Source: Azolla caroliniana (taxonomy: Eukaryota; Plantae; Polypodiophyta). From it: DNA of 64,000 nt. Position numbers and translations under genes: made by a program. Numbering within the stretch: position 1 is the first letter of the stretch; each line of letters starts with the position of its first letter. The notes beneath the pieces were generated by a model. That model did not search any database. It was given only the letters and a program-made list of their open reading frames with translations, and was not told the DNA's origin. The stretch lies in contig JBHGNT010000022.1 of NCBI GenBank assembly GCA_043228905.1, forward strand, positions 11,470,001 to 11,534,000, read 5' to 3'. Positions 48,051 through 61,880 of the stretch are shown here, one piece after another.

Positions 48051-48289
48051 TTTTGATATTTGTTCCTTTGATTGGTCTAGGCTCTACCTATAACATGACT
48101 ATCAAGTTTCATGTTTTTGGTTTTCATAATTGGCGATCAAGTGTTAATAGAAATAAGAAATGATCGTCATCTCCCAACCTGGCCCCATCCACTCTTGGGG
48201 AAGTAGAACATTGGGGCATTCGGCACATGTGATGATGCCGTATGAAAAATCTTTGGGATGCATTGGTTTTAAGAAGTAGCACAAGCACC

Positions 48290-48900
48290 ATTAGAGTGAA
48301 GCAATGATGCTCAATGTCTCCGTGCTCTTCAAACTCTACAATATGGTCACTCCTACCCTATTGTACAATCCATCCATATGGGCTCCTAACCTCTCCATGG
48401 ACATGTGGACACGAATAGAGAGGAATAGAGCATCTGCTAGTCATGATGTTGCTATTGGTGATACCTACCAAAGCATCCACCCTACACAAGATCATTTGTG
48501 TTGAAACGACAACATCCCCAATATGGTAGAAGCTCTGTTCCAAACAATGAACCTCTTCAATCATATTTGATCATGGTTCTTCACAAATGATGTGGTAATT
48601 CAACAACAATGGACTCAGTTTCTAAGAACTTTTCACCCTTCCATAGTGTACACCTCTTGGAAATGATGAAAGGAAAAAGGTATTATGGCAAGACCTATCA
48701 TACTTGGATACCCAATATACACTTGGCTCACACGAAGGGAGCCACATTTGCCAAAGACTAGCCTACTACAAAGATAATTTCATGATCTTTTATGAGGACG
48801 GATTCATAAATAAATAAGGTTCATGTACATCTTCTTGCCCATACTACTTGTAAAGCAATACACCAACTTAGCGTTTTCTCCCACCAACTAGAGATGTATT
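48290..48900 (+). mobile_element. Degenerate RTE-like LINE fragment
   Basis: KLYNMVTPTLLYNPSIWAP is homologous to the RTE motif at 37920-38159. Confidence 0.5.
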
Positions 48901-49770
48901 ACGAACGTGAGACAATGTTCAACGAGTGAAGCAAGTGACAGATAATTATAGAACAAGAAAAATAGACGCAAGAGCAATGAAGGGAAATATGAGACTAGAT
49001 TTAGATAGAATCCAATACATACTCCTAAGAACTAGTGTTGACATTCTTGAGGACAAGAAGGGTGGAACCCCCATTATATATAACCAAGAATGCAAAGGCA
49101 TGCCATGAATGTGTGCCACCTTGCACCTCTCAATGCACAATATGCTACCAATTGACTTTGGTTGTGCATACACCACTCTTTTAACACAAGACTAACCATT
49201 ATAAACCATTAGATTTTAATGTCTAACATCACGTTGGTCGTGGCAAGATTGAGGCAAGACAAGCACTTCACGTACCAAAAGTTTACTAATGTTTATACAA
49301 ATTATGTGAAGGAGAGATCAAAAGAGAGGAACATCCCATGTGTAGGCGTGTGGCTTTCAATCACATCCAAATGAAAGTATGCTACCACCCTCTATGTGGA
49401 CTCCACCACCACTCAACAAAGGATAGAGAAGGTTGAGCCAGGATAGTTTGGCCAACTGGCCAATTGTTGCACGAAGCTTCAAAAGCATATGGAATCAAGC
49501 CTTACAGTAACACATGGACAATGCAACAACAAATCACGCATCACTGATTTCTTCCGTAGCTCTTACTTGCACTAGCAACATGCGAAAGGAGTCACCACAA
49601 AAAAAGCGAGTTACGGAATGTAGAATACAAAGTAGATCATGAGTAACTTGATAGAAGGCACAAAGACTATGGAGATAAATCGTTGATCATGTCCGATCCA
49701 TGCAAGGATACCTGGGTGCAGTCGTGAAACTTTGTTATAACATCATTTCATGGCAGGAACCAACATTAGA

Positions 49771-49894
49771 GTCAGGTTAGGTTAGGTTAGGTTAGGTCAA
49801 GTCAAGTGAAGACGAGCCAAGCCAAGCCAAGCCAAGTCAAGCCAAGTCAAGCCGAGTCAAGCCGAGTCAAGCCGAGTCAAGCCAAGTCAAGTCA
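49771..49894. repeat. Compound pentamer repeat (GGTTA)n-(GCCAA/GTCAA/GCCGA)n
   Basis: Directly visible 5-bp periodicity. Confidence 0.85.
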
Positions 49895-50476
49895 CCACTA
49901 ATTGCATACACAAAACCTATGTAGTTCATGCTTGTGAACCTTCTCAAAGTAATGATCATCCCACCACACATGCATTCAAATACATATGTAAATGATACCA
50001 TGGAGCTTCAGCAAAGCTACAGCTTCTTTAGCTCTGTTTTTGTGCAGAGGATATGAACTCACCCATATTTGTCATCATATGATTTGATTGATCTTTCTGA
50101 GGCTGATTTTTTTGGCCTTCTTTGATCAGATGAATTTGACGTGAAGCACTCGGCCAAGACAAAACTGTCTGGAGAGAAACAGAGACAGAGAGAGTAAAGA
50201 GTTGTGCGTGTGTGTGAGAGAGAGAGATTTCCATTTTTTTTGCTCCTTCTTGGTTGTGGGTTGTACAGAGTAGTAGCTCTTGATTGCCCGAGTCTTGGAG
50301 AGGCACAGAATCACTTGCCAGTGTTTGTTGACCAGTGGGTCATGTCATTGCTCTTGGGTTCGCAGACGAGAACGAAGGCGATGGCGAAGAGTTTCTGTGG
50401 CCCAGGACCCAGACCGGTCCGAATCAACGATCATAATCCTCCCCTCAATCAAGTACATATGGGGTATTGAAAACAA

Positions 50477-52450
50477 ATGATGGAAGAGAATGAAAACTAT
50501 GCTTTTCTTGTTGCCTTACTGAAGTGTTGTGGGAAGAAGAAGGACCTTTGCAAAGGTATCACATTACATGCCGATATCTTGAGAAGAGGGCTGCTCTGGA
50601 AGAGCCCTCATCTAGGCAGCACTTTGATCAGTATGTATGCCAAATGTGGTGTGATTAAGAGAGCACGAGCAGCGCTTGAGGATCTCCCTGTCCGGGATGT
50701 AGTGTCTTGGAATGCATTGATTGCGGGGTGTGTGTATCAGGGTCAGGGGCAAGAAGCTCTTAACTGTTTCCAGCAGATGCAGGCTGAAGGTTTCTCTCCG
50801 AATGTGGTCACCTACACCTGCATCTTGAAAGCCTGTGGCAAAACACAGTCTATAGATAAGGGCAAACAAATTCATGATGAGATTGTTAGTAAAGGCTTTC
50901 TAGAGAAGGATATCATGCTTGGAACTGCATTGGTGGATATGTATGCCAAATGTGGAGTGCTTGCCGTAGCACAGGAAGTGCTTGAAGAGCTTCCTAGGAG
51001 AAATGAAGTCTCTTGGTCAGCATTGATTACAGGGTATGCTCAGCAGGGGCAAGGCCATGAAGCACTGAAATGTCTTGAACAAATGCAAAGCGAGGGCCTC
51101 TCTCCTGATTCAATAACTCTCTCTTGCATTTTGAAGGCATGTGGTAACACAGGAGCAATTGGAAAGGGTGAGCAGATTCATGATGAAATTGTAAGTAGGC
51201 GATTGCTTGAGAAAGATATTGTGCTTGGAAATGCGTTGATCGATATGTATGCAAAGTGCGGGAACCTGGAAAAAGCACGACAAGTGGTTGAAGAGCTTCC
51301 TATTCGAGATGCAGTGTCTTGGTGTGCACTAATTGCAGGATATGTCCAGAAAGGTCAGGGTCAGGATGCACTCGACTGTTTTGGACGAATGCAAAGTGAG
51401 GGCCTTTCTGCAAATGCAATTACCTTGATTTGTGTTTTGAGGGCATGTGGCATTGTAGGAGCTATAGGTATGGGTACCTGTATTCATAATGAGATGGCGA
51501 ATAGAGGTTTGCTAGAGAAGGATATTGAACTTGGAAATGCTCTGGTGGATATGTATGTGAAATGTGGAGAGCTTGCAAGAGCCCACAAGGTACTGTCAGA
51601 GCTTCCTCTGCGAAACATAGTCTCGTGGTCTGCTTTGATTGCCGGATATGCAGAACGGGGCAAAATAAATGAAGCATTGAACTGTTTTGAACACATGCAG
51701 CGTGAGGGTTTCTCCCCAAATGCAGTTACCTTTACTTGCATCTTGAAAGCTTGTGGCAGCATAGGGGCTTTAGACAAAGGTCAGCAAATTCACAATGACA
51801 TTGTGAATATGGGATTTCTAGAGAAGGATAGTTTGCTTGGCAATGCTTTGTTGGATATGTATGCCAAATGTGGCGCCCTTACAAAGGCTCGCCAAGTTCT
51901 CGAAGGCATTCCTGTTCGAAATACAGTCTCCTGGAATACTCTAATCACTGGTTATGCACAGCAAGGATATTATATTGAAGCACTGGATTGTTTCACACGG
52001 ATGCAGAGTGAGGGATTCTCTCCAAATGAGGTGACGTTTCTGTCTGTTGTGAATGCATTTAATCACTCAGGGTTGTTGAACGAGGCCCAGATGCATTTCG
52101 GGGAAATGAGCAGGGACTATGGACTAGCACCCGACCTACAACATCACACATGCATGGTAGCCGGGTTTGGTCGTGGAGGGCAGTTTGACAAGGCAGTGTC
52201 TGTGATAAAGGTGATGCCATCTTCAGCGCATTCCTCTGCAGTGTGGGTTGCGCTCTTAGGTGCTTGTAGAAAATGGGGAAATGTGAAGCTTGCAAGCTTG
52301 GCATTTGATCAGGCCCTCCAAGTCGATCCCTATTGCGCTGCAGCCTATGTGCTCATGGCTAATATTTTCTCAGCTGCTGGCATGCAGAAGGATGCAAACA
52401 AACTGCAAACCATGATGCCGAAAGATAGTGCATGGAAGAAGGAAGTGTGA
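50477..52450 (+). CDS. Pentatricopeptide repeat protein, PLS class with E-like extension, no DYW domain
   Basis: 657-aa intronless ORF with repeated ~102-aa P-L-S triplets (VSWxALIxGYxQxG / TxxCILKACG / LGNALVDMYAKCG) followed by E-like VWVALLGACRKWGN..AAAYVLMANIF. Confidence 0.93.
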   Translation: MMEENENYAFLVALLKCCGKKKDLCKGITLHADILRRGLLWKSPHLGSTLISMYAKCGVIKRARAALEDLPVRDVVSWNALIAGCVYQGQGQEALNCFQQMQAEGFSPNVVTYTCILKACGKTQSIDKGKQIHDEIVSKGFLEKDIMLGTALVDMYAKCGVLAVAQEVLEELPRRNEVSWSALITGYAQQGQGHEALKCLEQMQSEGLSPDSITLSCILKACGNTGAIGKGEQIHDEIVSRRLLEKDIVLGNALIDMYAKCGNLEKARQVVEELPIRDAVSWCALIAGYVQKGQGQDALDCFGRMQSEGLSANAITLICVLRACGIVGAIGMGTCIHNEMANRGLLEKDIELGNALVDMYVKCGELARAHKVLSELPLRNIVSWSALIAGYAERGKINEALNCFEHMQREGFSPNAVTFTCILKACGSIGALDKGQQIHNDIVNMGFLEKDSLLGNALLDMYAKCGALTKARQVLEGIPVRNTVSWNTLITGYAQQGYYIEALDCFTRMQSEGFSPNEVTFLSVVNAFNHSGLLNEAQMHFGEMSRDYGLAPDLQHHTCMVAGFGRGGQFDKAVSVIKVMPSSAHSSAVWVALLGACRKWGNVKLASLAFDQALQVDPYCAAAYVLMANIFSAAGMQKDANKLQTMMPKDSAWKKEV

Positions 52451-53889
52451 TGTGGGTGGAGGGGTCACTGACAGGAAAATTTAAAACATTCATTCATTTC
52501 CTATTGAAGATCCTGGCAGGTCACGATGAAATATAGAGTACCATAGAAAAGGTGCTTCATGGTCACTTGCCCACACTTGAGGTAAAGAAAACACTTTTAT
52601 CCTTAATGAGAAGGATGTTCCTGGTGGAAGAGATCCATTCTCTTTGAATGAAAATGAAGGCACCAGAAATCAAAAGCAAAGATCATAACAAGGTTGTGAA
52701 ATTTATTCATGTCTATAGCTGTTGCAGTGTTCCCAACCTCTATCAAGCCATATATAAGTGGAATTTTATGCTTGAATTCAGAAGGGCACATGAAAAGAAA
52801 AGATCATAACAAGTTTATGAAAACTATACATGCTGTCTTATACCTACTGCTATGTTGACAACGTCTATTAAGACATGAGAAATGAAAGGTTATTTTCCAT
52901 CAGGCTTTTGGAAGGCTTAACATTTCCAAGCTGCATAGATTTTATCTCAAACTTTTCCTTGTGCCAGCCTTGTGATCACGTAACCTAAAAATCTGCAAAA
53001 GAATGTGGCCAGTCCTACATGCATCCAAAAGAAAAAGGTACCACTCTCTTCACCAGTGACCCTTAAGAGTGTTATTTCTTGTGTCCCCATTTCTCATCGC
53101 ATTACTAAATGTAGGGGATGCATTTACTACTGGATTCTCCAGTATACCTAAATAGTTCTATTACACTCGATTTTTACTGCGCATTGTCATTTCCCTTATT
53201 GAAGTTTACTGGTATCAACAACAAGCTACATATGACCCCACTTCATGTGGATTTTTGCAAAGCTGCATATGTTAGATCACGATTCAAGAGATATAGACTA
53301 CCCACTACATCAGAAATATTCCTATATTCCATCTTTTAGAAGATTTTCACGTTGAGATACTATGTTCTCAACCCGACAACCATATTCAAAGACACTCATA
53401 CACTAATACTTTCACTTTATATACCCTCAATTGTTGAGGGATTGGTAATTTATTGAGACATGTAAATTTTACATAGGTCCTATTTAGGTAAACCATTATC
53501 TATGAAACTATATATTAGTCTAAAATTTGTAACAAAGGAAATGGACAATATTTGTGTAGCTGTTGTAGCAGAAATACACTCAACCATGATGGTTCTCAAT
53601 ACATAGTGAAGCAACCTTGGTCCTACCATTATTTCTTGTGGATTTTTGTTCCATGTCTCTATGCTTTTGATTTTAATTCCTTGAATTTGAGTCAATGGTT
53701 CATACAAAACATCTGAAAGTAGATGTAGAAAACAAATCCATAAAATCCATTAATCTTCTAGCTATTTCCTATCGGTTTACAAAGAAAATATTCTACAATG
53801 TATGACACCTTGGCCAACATACTCTTCAAAATAATGAAACAATATATTTATTCAGTAGACCTTCCTTCACCTTCACATTTCTCATATAG

Positions 53890-54105
53890 TAGAACCAAAA
53901 TCTTCACCAAGAAATAGCATACAAAATAAGCAATCAAGTTGCTACAAAAACAAGGTGTTATGTGGCCAATTCTTTATTACCAAAATTATGCCAACACTCA
54001 AGTGGGAACCAAAATCTTTGCCAAGAAATAGCACACAAAACAAGCAATCAAGCCCCTACAAAAACAATGTGATAAGTGGCCAGTTCTTATTGCTCAAATT
54101 GTGCT
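53890..54105. repeat. Diverged ~115 bp tandem duplication
   Basis: gaaccaaaatctt..ccaagaaatagca.acaaaa.aagcaatcaag occurs at ~53892 and ~54007. Confidence 0.75.
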
Positions 54106-55099
54106 AATGGACAAGTAGAAAAACATGCAAACCATTTTTATGGCCACTTTATCATGTACCATCATACTAATCATTATGACTTATGGTTCATGAACTACAA
54201 GCTACTGAAGATGTGAAGACTTATGGTTCATGTGAAGATCCATTGTGCATCATTAAAGACAAGGAAACATATCCAATCATCCAATTTCCTGAGAATGAAC
54301 TAATATGAACAATCTGGCTTTATAGAACTTAAATTATGTAAACATTAACAAATACAGGGCATGACCCAAGAGCACACGTGATAATCAATCAACTCCAGCA
54401 TGCATTGCCAAAACCAATTGAAAACATTGACACAAACTTTACCATCCTATCCAAGTACAAATTGATCTGTTACATGCCAACACTCTAATTTGATTGCAAT
54501 GATTGAGCCACATTGATTATCCAAATATGTGAAACCACGGGGTCATCTCTATGTGAACGAGGTGAACACAGAAAATGCAGCATCTTTTACTATTCAAGAC
54601 TATCCAGCTGTTTCCACATTTTAATGTTTTACATGGATTCATACAGTTTCATGGATGTCAAAATATTGTCAAACTTGAATCATATGATCCGTTCAGATAC
54701 CTGCAGACTAATTTTTGCTTAATAGTATGTGCATGAAAACATTGTACTAAAATTATGTTTTCTTTAGGATACTACTATTAATAATTGCAAAAATGGCCCT
54801 GTCAGATACTTCCACTACATTCTATGGCACATAACTGCAAGTAGTGACCAAGCAATTATAAAATAGCTTGCACAGTAATCAACAATTTCATGAAACAATT
54901 GCTATGAACCTTAGATATAACACCACATCATAACTACCAGACAACCAGAGGGCTGACCTCGCGACCTTTGAATAATAGAACATTTCCTTCTTTTATGACC
55001 ACACATGCCAACCTTGGTCTCATTTCAGCAAATGCCTTCTGCATTATATACATCTGCATTGAGGTAACATACTGAAACCAGAGAAACATCATTCTTCTT

Positions 55100-58000
55100 C
55101 TAACTAGCCTCAATTTGCTCTGATGCCCGGAGCCAAAGATGACGACCAACGACAGATGCCTCATGGACAGTGATATACTCATCATTCAGCCTGCACATAT
55201 ACACAGCCAATATGCACAATAACTAATCTATATAAATGTACATATGAACCAAAATGAGACCTCTAACATACTTGTCAATGTCAGGTGGAGCTAGAAGATC
55301 AACACTTTCATCTTCGGGTACAACTTGAGGATAGGAAGCAGGGACTACCACTGCTGCAGCTTCTATCTTCATTTAAAGCGAAACACAAACAAGTTATTGG
55401 TGAAGTGATAACACAAATCGCATGCTAAAATGATTCACCAAGCATTATTTTAATCATGCTAATTAGCTGTTGATATTTAAATATGTATGAGTGCCATACC
55501 ACAGAAATGTATGAAGAATGTATTTGATATTACTTTATTTTGTTATATTAAACCATTTTCCTATATAGTATATACCTGCTGAGGATAGTTAGGGTATCCT
55601 CCATAACTTTCGTATGTGTACTGTCCAGCATCAGGTTGAATAGCACCATAAGGATAGTTTTCATAGGCTTGAGTATAACCATAATAACCAGCATATTGAC
55701 TGGGGTCCTGGGGCCATGTTGGTGGCTGCATCAATATACGCGTTAGCCAGCAAATTCCTTTTGAAGAGAAATGTACAAAATCAAAATAAACACATCATCA
55801 TCCAACTTTTACTTTGGAAGATGCAGCAATTTCAAACTGGCAGAAACAATTTTGTTTGTAATGCACAATATTATCAGTGGGAAACCTTGATGTGAGACAA
55901 AAACTGAAAATTTGGATACAAAAACGATGACCAAATGGAAACATGCATGCAGCATCTTCTAATGTATTGTGAACCTTCAGGTTTATGCCAGAAGTAAGAT
56001 ACATTATACACGCCCAGTTTCATTATTTTAATTTTAGCGACCAACAGAGCGGAAGACATGGTGCTCCATTAGATCAACAAAACAATTAGATGATGATAGT
56101 AAGTTAGAATATAAAGAAGAAAAGGATTTAGAAACATTGAAAGATAATATCTGCTCACATCTCTCATTTTCGACAATTGATTACCTTTTATAAAGACTGA
56201 TGAACCATCGAAAACATCATAAATCCATAACACACAGCTTAATTTTTAGCTTTTGTTTAAAACAAGCTTCACACAAGGACAAGTCACATTTTCATACCAA
56301 AAGTTCCATCTCTTGAGAATTCTTTTGATCCAGATGCACCCAAAGTGAGCCAACATATTACGCTACATATAGTGAGCTTGCAAATCAAATTAAAAAAATC
56401 GAAGACATATAGTGAACTCCTAACAGTCTTCTATCATTTAAAAAATGCAGTATCAAATATATACAGCTATTAAGCCTAGTGTTAATTATATACAGCAGCA
56501 AACATAACCACATCAGAGTCAAAAATAACATTTTGTATAATGTCTTGAAATGTGATCAGTAAACTCAGCTAGTGTCCAGTCTTACACAGACTTGTATTTC
56601 AAAACAACAAGTACATCAATTTTATGCCAAACTATTAAGGAAAGGGGCATCCAAAGATTCAAATCCTTATTTTAGCTAGTCAAAACACTTCAAGGTTACC
56701 TATATCCAGCATATCTCCAGAGACAGACAGGGAATAAAAGGCAGGAAAATAATACAATGTGTTGATAGATTCCCAGTAGAGAATTGCCAATATATGAACC
56801 CAAGAACATAATAGATACACAGTTTTTACAGCATGTCAAATACCAGGATTTTCCATCTCTAAATCGTACCGCAAAGGGATAAGGATAAATGGAAATAGTA
56901 CTTTCCACGCCCAAGGAAACACCATGTGGTGTATCGTCCTACACCCTAAAACAATGATGTATTCTTAAAGTCTTTCATTTGCAATTGTCTTTATTATTTA
57001 CCTTGCACATCTAAGTACTCATTTTCCAATTATGAATTTTATCTGTGTAAAAGAATGTACAGAAAGTGATGATAGCTTGCTTAGTATCACCGCACTTGTT
57101 AAATCCATCCTGAGCAAGATATTTTTCTGTACATGGTGGCAGTGAGACACTTGCATTTTCATACTCTTGATAGCTTCATAGCAATGCTTTGAGCTGGGTA
57201 ATTCAATTTCTAATCAAGTTAATCTCGTAACTGACTGACCTACAGATGGGTATCCATCTCCAATGAGCTAATATGCCAGATAAAGAAATGCAAATATGTA
57301 ATATGAACTTTCCTTAACTTAAAGAACATACATCTGTTAAATACTTTAGAGAGGGTGGAAGCACAACCGTGGCATTTTGCAGACTACTCTCATCGCTGAA
57401 GGTTTGTGATGCTGATGGTGGAGTACCATAACCTGGCAACAAAGAAAAACATGATTCAAAAATTAAGAATTTTGAAATAAGACAGCTGGACAACGCACAA
57501 CAAAATAACTAGGGACACATGTTTTATGCATATTTAATTACATTTACAATTAAAACTATATTTATGTATTATTATGGAAAGCACACACATATCCCAAAGC
57601 TAGCCTGTTCATCTTACTGAGTTCCAAAACAAGCATGTGCAGAAGCAACTCACAATTGGAAAACAAAGCAATAAACAATTATCTATTCGTATGTACATAT
57701 GAAATTAAAGTGTAATTCGTAATTCTTACAAAGTAAATATGATTGTTATCTGCATATAAACATGTAACTAGTTATAAATGAGCTTAACAATAGTTTTTTT
57801 AGCACATCCTATTTCTGCCACATTCATTCCCACTAAAAACAGCATTCATAAACAATTGAAAATTTGGTTTCTTTGACATCTTTGCAATAAAACATATGTG
57901 TATATACAAGCAAGGTATGCATGCGCATGAACATGTTACTGTTTAACTATTGAATCCAGACCTTCATAGAGAGAGGATACATACACTAGAAATATGTATG

Positions 58001-61000
58001 CAAACAAATTCATAATTCCTACATCCCGCATCATGTGGGTACATTCTTTATAATTTCCAACCTTTAATCGCTGCCCCTTGCTGTGCAATAGCCAAGGCCT
58101 TCCGTGGTGTTGCTACACTGATTCGCATTGCTTTACTTGAGCAGTAAACGCCATTCATTTCTGTCATTGCTCTAGATCTTTCTGACTCATCTCCAAATCT
58201 GACAAAACCATAGCCTTTAGAGCGCCCAGTACTCACATCAAAGACAACTTTAGCTCCCCTTACAGATGGGTACCGCACCCTGAAGGTTTCTTGCAGAATG
58301 TAATCAGTAACATCAGGAGCCAGGTCTCCAACAAATATAGAATGATCAGCTCCTGCTTCACCTTTCTTATCCCCAAGCCCAAATGATGCCCAATTGAGGC
58401 GGAATACTTGCTCTGTTTGTGGCATCTGTGTGCCACTATATGTCTGCAGAACTTTCTCAGCAGCAGAATGTGAGGTAAATTCAATAAAACCATATCCTTC
58501 AGGTAACCCTGTTAATTTATTGCGTATTATCTTCACTGAAATCACCTGGAAAAAAAACATAATAATGTTTTATAGAAAATCTACTCCCAGGTTGTTCAAC
58601 TTTTATTCTTAATCCACTGTGGCAATTATATTACGCTCGAAGAAATAATCCAAACACTAGACAAGAGAGAATCTTATCTCACGAAATGTTTGGAAAATAT
58701 ACAAACCTTACCAATGTTCAAAAATTTTGACAAATTAAAGTATATTACAATATGGATACTCCAACTGAATTCCTGGAAATACAATAATTTAAGGATCCTT
58801 CAAAGTTCAGCTATTATAACGTTGAAATCCTAATCATCTAAGGCTAACAATGCTGGATCTCTTCCAAATCCTCCACATCCCCGATTGTATCACCATCACC
58901 GTCAAATACGTGTTCTTGAATTTTTACTGGGATGCACATTTATGGCAGTCAAAATGGGGTCAAAGAGGGGTAGCAAAGAGGTTCAGCCACAGGGAAGATA
59001 GATAGCAGAGGACTTTTAAAGGGGTTATGATACATAGCAAGGGAAGGAAACTAGAGAAAGTAGAAAGTGCTCCAGAGAATATTACAGTAGGTGACAAAAA
59101 AGCAGTTACCCAAATAAGTAATCAAATGAGTCGTTTTGCAAACATGTTTGGAATCCATTCAAAAGGTGTTTGGTTGCAACCTTGACACCCAAGATAGAAC
59201 ATCTTGTTACAAGTAGAGAGATAGTAGTAGAGGAGGCTTTAAGGGGCCATAATAGATAGCAAGGATAGGCAACCCAGCATCAGAGTGAATGGAGTGCATA
59301 TTCGCCAATTATGTCCCTTAATACGCTGTTGTCTAATAAATGCCTCAGCCAGAACAATGAAAATGGGTATGACAACACAAAAAAGAAAGCTCTACAGAAA
59401 GGAAGGAGAGAGAGCTCCCTGAAAGAAGTGAAAAAGAAAAATCTCAGTGTTAGAGAGCAAGAGAGAGAAAGCGTGAAACTGTGACTGGGATATCTTCGAA
59501 GACTAGTGAGAAGTAGCCAAGAGTTTCATCTTCGAAGACTAGTGAGAAGCGTGTGGTTGAGAAAGCTCCTAGAAAAAACCAGAATGCATAATGATTGGGA
59601 GCTGATTCGTATAGCATACAAAAAAGGAAATTTTATTCCTAAGCCAACAAATATGGTGCTCCATGGGGGGACCAAGCATATCAAGATCCAATATGATTTC
59701 CTGTGAGAATTCATTTCAAAAGAGAAGGTGAAGCTGGATTATTGTCCATCATTGGATAATTGTGCCTGTCTTTTATAAAGCCCCTACAGCATGAGCAAAC
59801 AAAGTGGCAACTGTGGATAAACCATTGGGTAAAATATTAGGTAAATTTTGGAGCACAAATTTGACCCTATCAGAAATGCTGTGTCATTTATATACTTCTG
59901 CAATAAGGGTGGTTCAATGTCTAAAAGATGTTACCAAAACCCTATAAAATGATTATCATTGGAAAAAACATAATGAGCGAATTCCAGAAGGTTATGACAC
60001 TTTCTCTAAACAGCAGCTCTAAAGTTTAGACCAACTTCTTCATCTTGTGCTAGCAATAGTTGTAATTCTTTCTGATCTCTCAGCATTTCACGGTTCTCCA
60101 CAGAAAATTCCCTCTACCCTCCTAATTTCTAGCCCAATAGTTTCTTCGACATGTCTGGGGTTGAATCCTGGCAGTTGGATTTCAGGAGAATGATATTTTA
60201 ATACTGCTTGATAACATAGATATTTTAACGATACATTTCCTTCACATTTATGATCAGGAAAAACTTATCCAATCATTGTTGCCAAAGGATAGGTGGTATT
60301 CATCAATGTCAATTCACTATTAGTTTAGTAAAATAATTGATTGCATTATGGTGATTCTTGTTGTTCAAAACTTCAATACGTGTTCATTCGACTTCACGCA
60401 TTTTAAATTAAGCTTGCGATAATCACCTAAAAAAACTTGAAACTTCACACAAGATTTGATGATTTAGAATATATGAATGACCCATATATAAAATCCTCGC
60501 ACATTAACCGTGCAATTTCATACTATGACATTCATCTAATGTCTTAGACCATCTCGTGTTAACTTACAATAAAATAATTTTTGTCAGAATATCTATGATT
60601 TATACCATAGATAGGAATGATACTAAAATAGAAGCATTCCATTATTAATAAAACTCAATGAACCTAGATCTAGCTAATATAACATTTAATCAAGATTGGG
60701 TTCAAATGTTTCTTAATGAGACCCCATGATGGGAGAAGTCTGGTCATTTCCTAATGACTAAGAGTCATGAGATAGAGTCCAAAAAACGAAATTATAAAAA
60801 AGGAACAATTTGGATGTTAGAAGTGCACTGTGAAACTACACTAATCTCCATGATCTGTCTACAATGGAGACTAACAGCTCCATGTGTTCGAACTTGTTGC
60901 CATCTCCTGGACCTTATCATCTATGTCTAATGAATCTGACTCTGCCGAGTATGACTAGGGAGCTAAGGAGGTTTTGAAAGTCATGATTTATCTAATGATG

Positions 61001-61784
61001 ACTTTCAAAGGTTCTCGATAGAAAACCTAATCCGTAGATTTTGAAAGCAAGTCCCCCTTAGCTTTTCCAAAGTGTGCAGATAACAACTAGCATTTAACGA
61101 GCAAAATGCAACTAGTAATATATCAAATATGATGTTTATTGTTCATATGTAGATTACATGTAGTTTATTTCCTAAATTAGCCATTTCCCACGACATAATT
61201 GTGCATTGTTATGTGCTGAGAACATAAAGGGGTTGGGAAACAGGAGAAAACTATCGTTTTTGAGTTCCATGTCCCAACTAAGAACCCTTAACATGTCTTC
61301 TAAAATCGTTTCCAAGATGCAGCCACAATATCTAATTATCTAGTGCCGATTACTTCTGCTCTCCAATTTAGAATAAAGCCTGCCTATGTATCCTATGCAT
61401 GCACATATATGGATAAGGGTCACAGTGCTGCGTTTCCTCTATCTCTCTCTCTCCAAAGAATGAATGCCAGATTCCGAAATGTCCCAAACCCAGTCACTGG
61501 GTTTACTTACGCCCACGCTCACCTGAGAGCAACAGACCACCAAACTGAAAGAGAAAGAGGGAGGAAGAGAAGGGCATATGGAAGGGGCCTACCTCATTGG
61601 TGTGAGCGAAGCAGGACTGGACATAGTTCTCCTCCATCCAGTACTGGAGGTCCCCAATCCACAGTGTCTTAACTTCCTCCAGGGTGCGAGGCTGATGGTA
61701 GGGATACGATGACGTCTGCGACTGGAACTGCGACTGCAATTGGCTACCGCTGTTGATGTGGGTCTGTGCATACAAGCTGCTCAT

Positions 61785-61815
<31 letters not shown>

Positions 61816-61880
61816 TGTTGTTGCCATTGGGCCTGAAGAAGAAGATGGGGATGGGGATGGGTGTACTCAGCCTGTTGCAT
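55100..61880 (-). CDS. RBP45/RBP47-family oligouridylate/polyadenylate-binding RRM protein, multi-exon, apparently two RRMs
   Basis: Exons 61880-61593 (polyQ, EEVKTLWIGDLQYWMEENY), 58545-58062 (VISVKIIRNK..GYGFIEF; HSIFVGDLAPDV..SKGYGFVRF), 57432-57368 (..SSLQNAT), 55725-55576 (QDPSQYAGYYGY), ~55366-55272 (DLLAPPDIDK) and ~55190-55100 (LNDEYITVHEASVVGRHLW..-stop). Splice phases are consistent. Confidence 0.88.
59490..59790 (+). mobile_element. Ty1/copia RNase H remnant in an RBP45/47 intron
   Basis: HGGTKHIKIQYDFL*EFISKEKVKLDYCPSLDN..KPL matches the copia HxRTKHIxIxxHFIRE..LxYCxSxxQxADxxTKPL motif. Confidence 0.7.

Noticed and set aside
50612-52304. Minus-strand ORFs overlapping the PPR gene
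   Set aside because: These are antisense shadows of the repetitive PPR coding sequence.
60750-61090. Possible copia gag remnant
   Set aside because: The resemblance is too weak to support by eye.
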